Positions 59,405 through 64,000 of a stretch of DNA of 64,000 nucleotides are shown here, piece by piece. A program made the position numbers and the translations under genes. Every line of letters begins with the position of its first letter. Positions within the stretch are counted from its first letter, which is position 1. The notes under the pieces were generated by a model, which had not been told where the DNA came from, ran no database searches, and saw only the letters and a program-made list of their open reading frames with translations. The stretch is from Leucoraja erinacea (lineage: Eukaryota), in the NCBI RefSeq assembly GCF_028641065.1, contig NC_073387.1, forward strand, positions 21,266,001 to 21,330,000, read 5' to 3'.

Positions 59405-62400
59405 ATTTTGTTTTCTAAATAGACTTTATTCAGATACATGAACCGTGCAAAAGACTCATCCGACAAATTACGGAGGCAATATAAAATATTCAATACAGTC
59501 TACATACATTGCTCAAATTTCACAAATGTATCCCCCACGCTTGACACTCATGTGGCCCACTGGCTTGGAATCCCTTCCCTTATTTTGAGGGCGTCTCCCC
59601 CACACCCTGCCCCCCATGTCCTGCAGCGGAAGGAACCTAGACTGCGGTCCTCCCGCACCGTGCCTTGGCGGCTGCACCGAGCTTCAGTGCGTCCCTCAGC
59701 ACGTACTCCTGCATCTGCAGCGCGCCAGTCGGCAACATTCCCCGACGGACATCTCGCTCCGCTGGGTGGTGAACAACGCTCGGGCAGACCAAAGAGCGTC
59801 TTTCACCGAGTTGATGACCTTCCAGCAGCACTCGATGTCAGTCCCTGAATGCGTCCCTGGAAACAGTGCGCATATCACAGAGTCCTCTGTGACGGAGATG
59901 TTCGGAATAAACTGTAACGGGGACCCTTGCAGACCTCTCCAGGTCTCTGCAATCCACACTCTGCAAAGAGGTGGGCAACCATCTCCTCTCCATAACAGCC
60001 GTCCCGAGGGCAGCGTGCGCTGGTAGTGAGGTTCCAACGGTGCAGGAAGGATCTAACTGGAAGGGCTCCCCAGCCAAGCCAGGTCTTGTAGGTTGTTGGT
60101 GAGTTCTGGTGATGAGGCATGTTGCCAGACAAGCTGGGCAGTCTGCTCTGGGAACCAGGCCACAGGATCCATGGAGTCATTTCCCTGCAGTGCCTGCAGG
60201 ACGTTGGTGCACGATGGACTTATGGTTAAAGGTGTTGGTCAGGAAGAACCTTTCCACAAACGACAGATGGTGCGGCAATGTCCAACTGACTGGCATATTG
60301 CGTGGCATCTGCGCCAGGCCCATTCTTCGCAACACCGGGGAAAGGTAGAACCTCAGCAGGCGGTGACACTTGGTGCCCACGTGCCTTGGCTCCACACTCC
60401 GCCTGATGCAGCCACACACGAAAGGTGAGGGCGACATTGGGCAGGCATTTACCCACGTTGTCTGCTGACTTGTGTATCGTGGTTCATCGCACCTGGTCCA
60501 TCCTCGACCACAGATGAACTGGACGAAGGCACGGGTAATCCCTGTGGCGTAGGAGGGACAGGCCACACTTGCGCCAAGTACAGCAGCCTCGAGAGCACCT
60601 CACACCTGATGACCACATTGTTCCCAGTTATGGAGTGGGAGCGTTGCTTCCACAGCTCCAGTTTCTTCCCAACATTGGCTATCCGATCATCAGCATATCC
60701 GTCTGCAAGGATGTTACCGAGCCATCCTCCTCCCTAAAGCTGTTCATCGCAGAACTCCCCCTGTGAGCCTTATGGAAGAAGAAGCGTGAGCACGTCTCAT
60801 CCTGCTCCGTGTGGCGGACCCTGGATCGGAAGATGATTTTAGAGGATTCAGAGGTAAAGTCGATCATGCTGGCCCTTCAACTCTCTAAGTTCCTCCCTCA
60901 CATCCACCCCTCTCGACTGTAGAAGGAGTAGTTGCTGCAAATCTGTCTGGAGTTGACACAATTCCCTCTGACTCTGTCTTGCTTTCTGAACCCCTTTAAA
61001 TATGAAGAACCTCTTAATGTTCTCCTTGGTTGCTTCCCACCAGTGTGTCGGGGAGTCAAAGAGGGGCTTCACCGTTCTCCAACATGCGTAGTCCCTCTTT
61101 ATTTCCTCAATGGTCTCTGGGGTCAACAGCTTCACATTTAACTTCCACGTCCCTCTGCCATCCTTCTGGTCCCCCTGTAGGTGACAGGAAGCCTGAAGGA
61201 GGCAGTGGTCAGAGAAGAAGACGTGAGGTCAGTGTGTCTCACTGTGACGGCCTACGATGTGAAGAGGAAGTCTATCCGAGACCGGACTGAACCATGTGAT
61301 CTCGAAAATGTGAACCGTGACTGGGATCCGCCTGCAGGGTTGCTGAAGGTGTCGCGCAGCTTTGCGTCTTTTACCGTCTCCACCAGAAGATTTGAGGTGC
61401 TGTCCAGTCAGCTGTCGGCACTTCTGGATCGTCCAGACGCATCAATAATGCAGTTGAAGTCACCAGCCAGAACGAGTTGCCGGGAGGTGGCCAGCAGCGG
61501 TGGGAGCTGCTGAAGAACTGCCAGCCGCTCGCTCCGCACCGGTGAGGCGTACACATTAACCGGCCGGAGCAGAGAGACACGGTACATAACATTCACGAGG
61601 AGACGCCCCCCAACCACCTCCATGACCTCAGTGATGGCGAAGCTCCCTTCCCGCAGCAAGATTCCCAGACCGGAAGCGCGACAATCATTGCCCCCCCGAC
61701 CACACCGATAGTCCATGGGGCCACCATCGCGACCACATCCGATAGAAGCAGAGGTGTGGCAGCCCGCACTTCTGCATAAAAGTCACGTCCACCTTAACCT
61801 TGGCCAGGCACTGCAAGGCGATCACACCTCACACTGTGCACATCTAATGATGCCTCCATTGTCCTTTAGAGTCACTGACCGTCATCTTGTCCCCTCATGC
61901 CCACCGCTTTGGTGAATTGCAGCACCTTTCCGAGGCTCAGGATGCCAGCATCCTCAAGGAGGGGGGTCTGTCTTCACCTAAGTTGTCGTAGGGAGGACCC
62001 TCCTTGTTCCACCCCATTCTGGGCGCACCGCCCCCATCCGTCTCCTGTAGCTGGGGTACGGTGGCTGATTCAGTGCTACCAGTCTCCCAGACCTGGGGCC
62101 ATTGGCCGCTGCACTATTACCAGTCTCCCGGAGCTGGGGTCCATCGGCCGCTGCACTGCTCCCGGTCTTCTGGAGCTGGGGGACAATAGGCATGACCTTT
62201 CTCTTTTCCCTCGCCCATTTTCTTCCTCTACCTCCGTCGTCGGGTTCTCGATGTCACCTCATCCTTCGACGAGGAGAGGTTGTTGCCGTCTGTCTGGGGA
62301 ATAACTCTTTTCTTGGACTTACCATCTTTTGGCTCTTTAGGCAGAACCCTCCGGTGTTTCTTCCTGTTCAACAACTGCCATTAATCATGCTGTTCCCCTT

Positions 62401-62690
62401 CTTCCATCGATGGGGGTGAAGTGCGGCTGCACTTTCAGCAGCGACAGCGGAGCTTCATTACCCTTCTCCCGGAAGTCTTCCATCAGCTTCTGCCATCCCG
62501 TCGGATACATGAAGGTAACATCAAATTATCCATTACCCAGGAAGTCCTGGAGGCAGTAGAGACTAGAGGTCCAGTGAGAAGTGAGTCCCCTTGCTAAGGT
62601 CCTTCACACTGACTCGCAGGATATTGCGGATACCCTGTCCTCCCGCTCCAGTTGCTGCTGCCATTGTGACTGGAAAGGTGTTAGGTTGAT
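59405..62690 (-). mobile_element. Degenerate Tx1/L1-clade LINE (ORF1 remnant, APE endonuclease, internally deleted RT, CCHC finger)
   Basis: VNVYASP..LAGDFNCI, WWEATKENIKRFF, EQDETCSRFFF, CPRDGC..HLFAEC. AATAAA near 59425-59430. ORF1 start MAAATGAGGQGIRN at ~62663. Confidence 0.85.
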
Positions 62691-63532
62691 CATTTATTGT
62701 ACATGAATACGGGTTTTGTAGCTGAAATTCAGATAACCTTTTAGCTAGTGCAGGTGCATTCATCGGTTCCACTTTGTAGACAGCATAAGGTACTTTTTCA
62801 AACAACAATAAATTAATCAGGCACGATTTCTCGTTCACAATCCAAGTTGGATGTGTCTGGTAACATAATTTTATTTTACAAGTTCTTTGTTATTAACAGC
62901 TTCTAATATGTTCACATGGTAGGTTTAAAGATAACTACTTTATGTGTGCTTGCCTTTTTTCAATAAAGGAGTAATGTTTGATATGTCTTCATCTAATAAT
63001 ATTTGAAGAAACTTCGAAACTAAAACCAGCAAATGAGCTCTTACTAATCCCTTCTTTGAAATCCTCAGTAAACAGCCCACGAGGACTATGAGCGGCAACA
63101 TTTATTTTAATTCCCAACTTACTTCTGGGAGAAAGTTCTCTACGCTACTTTGTCACTTCCAGTGACAGCTTTGTAGAACTTTTTGGTGCAATATATTGAG
63201 TTCAATGGATTAATGCAAACTACTAATATGTATCTATTTGTCTATTTTCCTATTATTAAATCTCCAGATACATGTTTTATCAGATCCGTGCTCATTTTCA
63301 AATATTCATAACAAATTTTACTAGCTTTGTCCTATCTTGTTACCTACTCCGTATGTTCTTTATTAACCTATTGCCATATTGTGAAAGATTATAAAATACT
63401 GATGGTCCGGTTTCTTTATGATATGTATGTCCCTGCCCCCCCCCCCCCCCCTAAATTGGATAATAAATTGGATAATACATATTTTTGTTTTAGTTAACGT
63501 GGATGGTGTGTCTAGCCATACATAATCATGTT

Positions 63533-64000
63533 AACCATATAACCATATAACAATTACAGCACGAAAACAGGCCATCTCGGCCCTACGTCCGTGCCGATCA
63601 ACTTTTTTGCCCCTTAGTCCCACCTGCCTGCACTCATACCATAACCCTCCATTCCCTTCTCATCCATATGCCTATCCAATTTATTTTTAAATGATACCAA
63701 TGAACCTGCCTCCACCACTTCCACTGGAAGTTCATTCCACACCGCTACCACTCTCTGAGTAAAGAAGTTCCCCCTCATATTACCCCTAAACTTCTGTTCC
63801 TTAATTCTGAAGTCATGTCCTCTTGTTTGAATCTTCCCTATTCTCAAAGGGAAAAGCTTGTCCACATCAACTCTGTCTATCCCTCTCATCATTTTAAAGA
63901 CCTCTATCAAGTCCCCCCTTAACCTTCTGCGCTCCAGAGAATAAAGACCTAACTTATTCAACCTATCTCTGTAACTTAGTTGTTGAAACTCAGGCAACAT
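63533..64000 (-). mobile_element. CR1 LINE 3' end (runs off the window edge)
   Basis: LSYRDRLNKLGLYSLERRRLRGDLIEVFK..FFTQRVVAVWNELP, (ccatataa)n tail. Confidence 0.93.

Overview
Vertebrate genomic DNA, most likely a cartilaginous fish (skate/ray-like, inferred from HE1-type V-SINEs, abundant CR1 LINEs and the protocadherin subtype). The window is part of the variable region of a clustered protocadherin (cPcdh) locus, with all exons on the minus strand. It holds three full-length ~2.4-kb variable exons: A 3859-6328 (one +1 frameshift in a homopolymer), B 13218-15683 (intact) and D 36058-38487 (atypical 3' end). It also holds a 5'-truncated exon, C 31661-33054, and one clearly recognisable decayed exon at 19700-21300. 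No constant exons are visible; they would lie beyond the left edge. A shared promoter module sits upstream of A, B and D: GAGCTGCnnGCTATC, a GGATC/AGATC box, an inverted CCAAT pair and TTCTTAAAGC, with conserved spacing. A fourth, very well preserved copy at 24340-24499 has no intact exon behind it. Several other spacer regions show faint, collinear, same-strand cadherin remnants, suggesting the spacers are largely a graveyard of dead variable exons. The rest is transposon-rich: CR1 LINEs (some nested), an L1 with a 9-bp TSD, a Tx1-like element, Rex/Babar fragments, a Penelope element and short Penelope-derived repeats with hammerhead motifs, a non-autonomous Helitron, a foldback/MITE and SINEs. 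There is one assembly gap. All alignments were done by eye.
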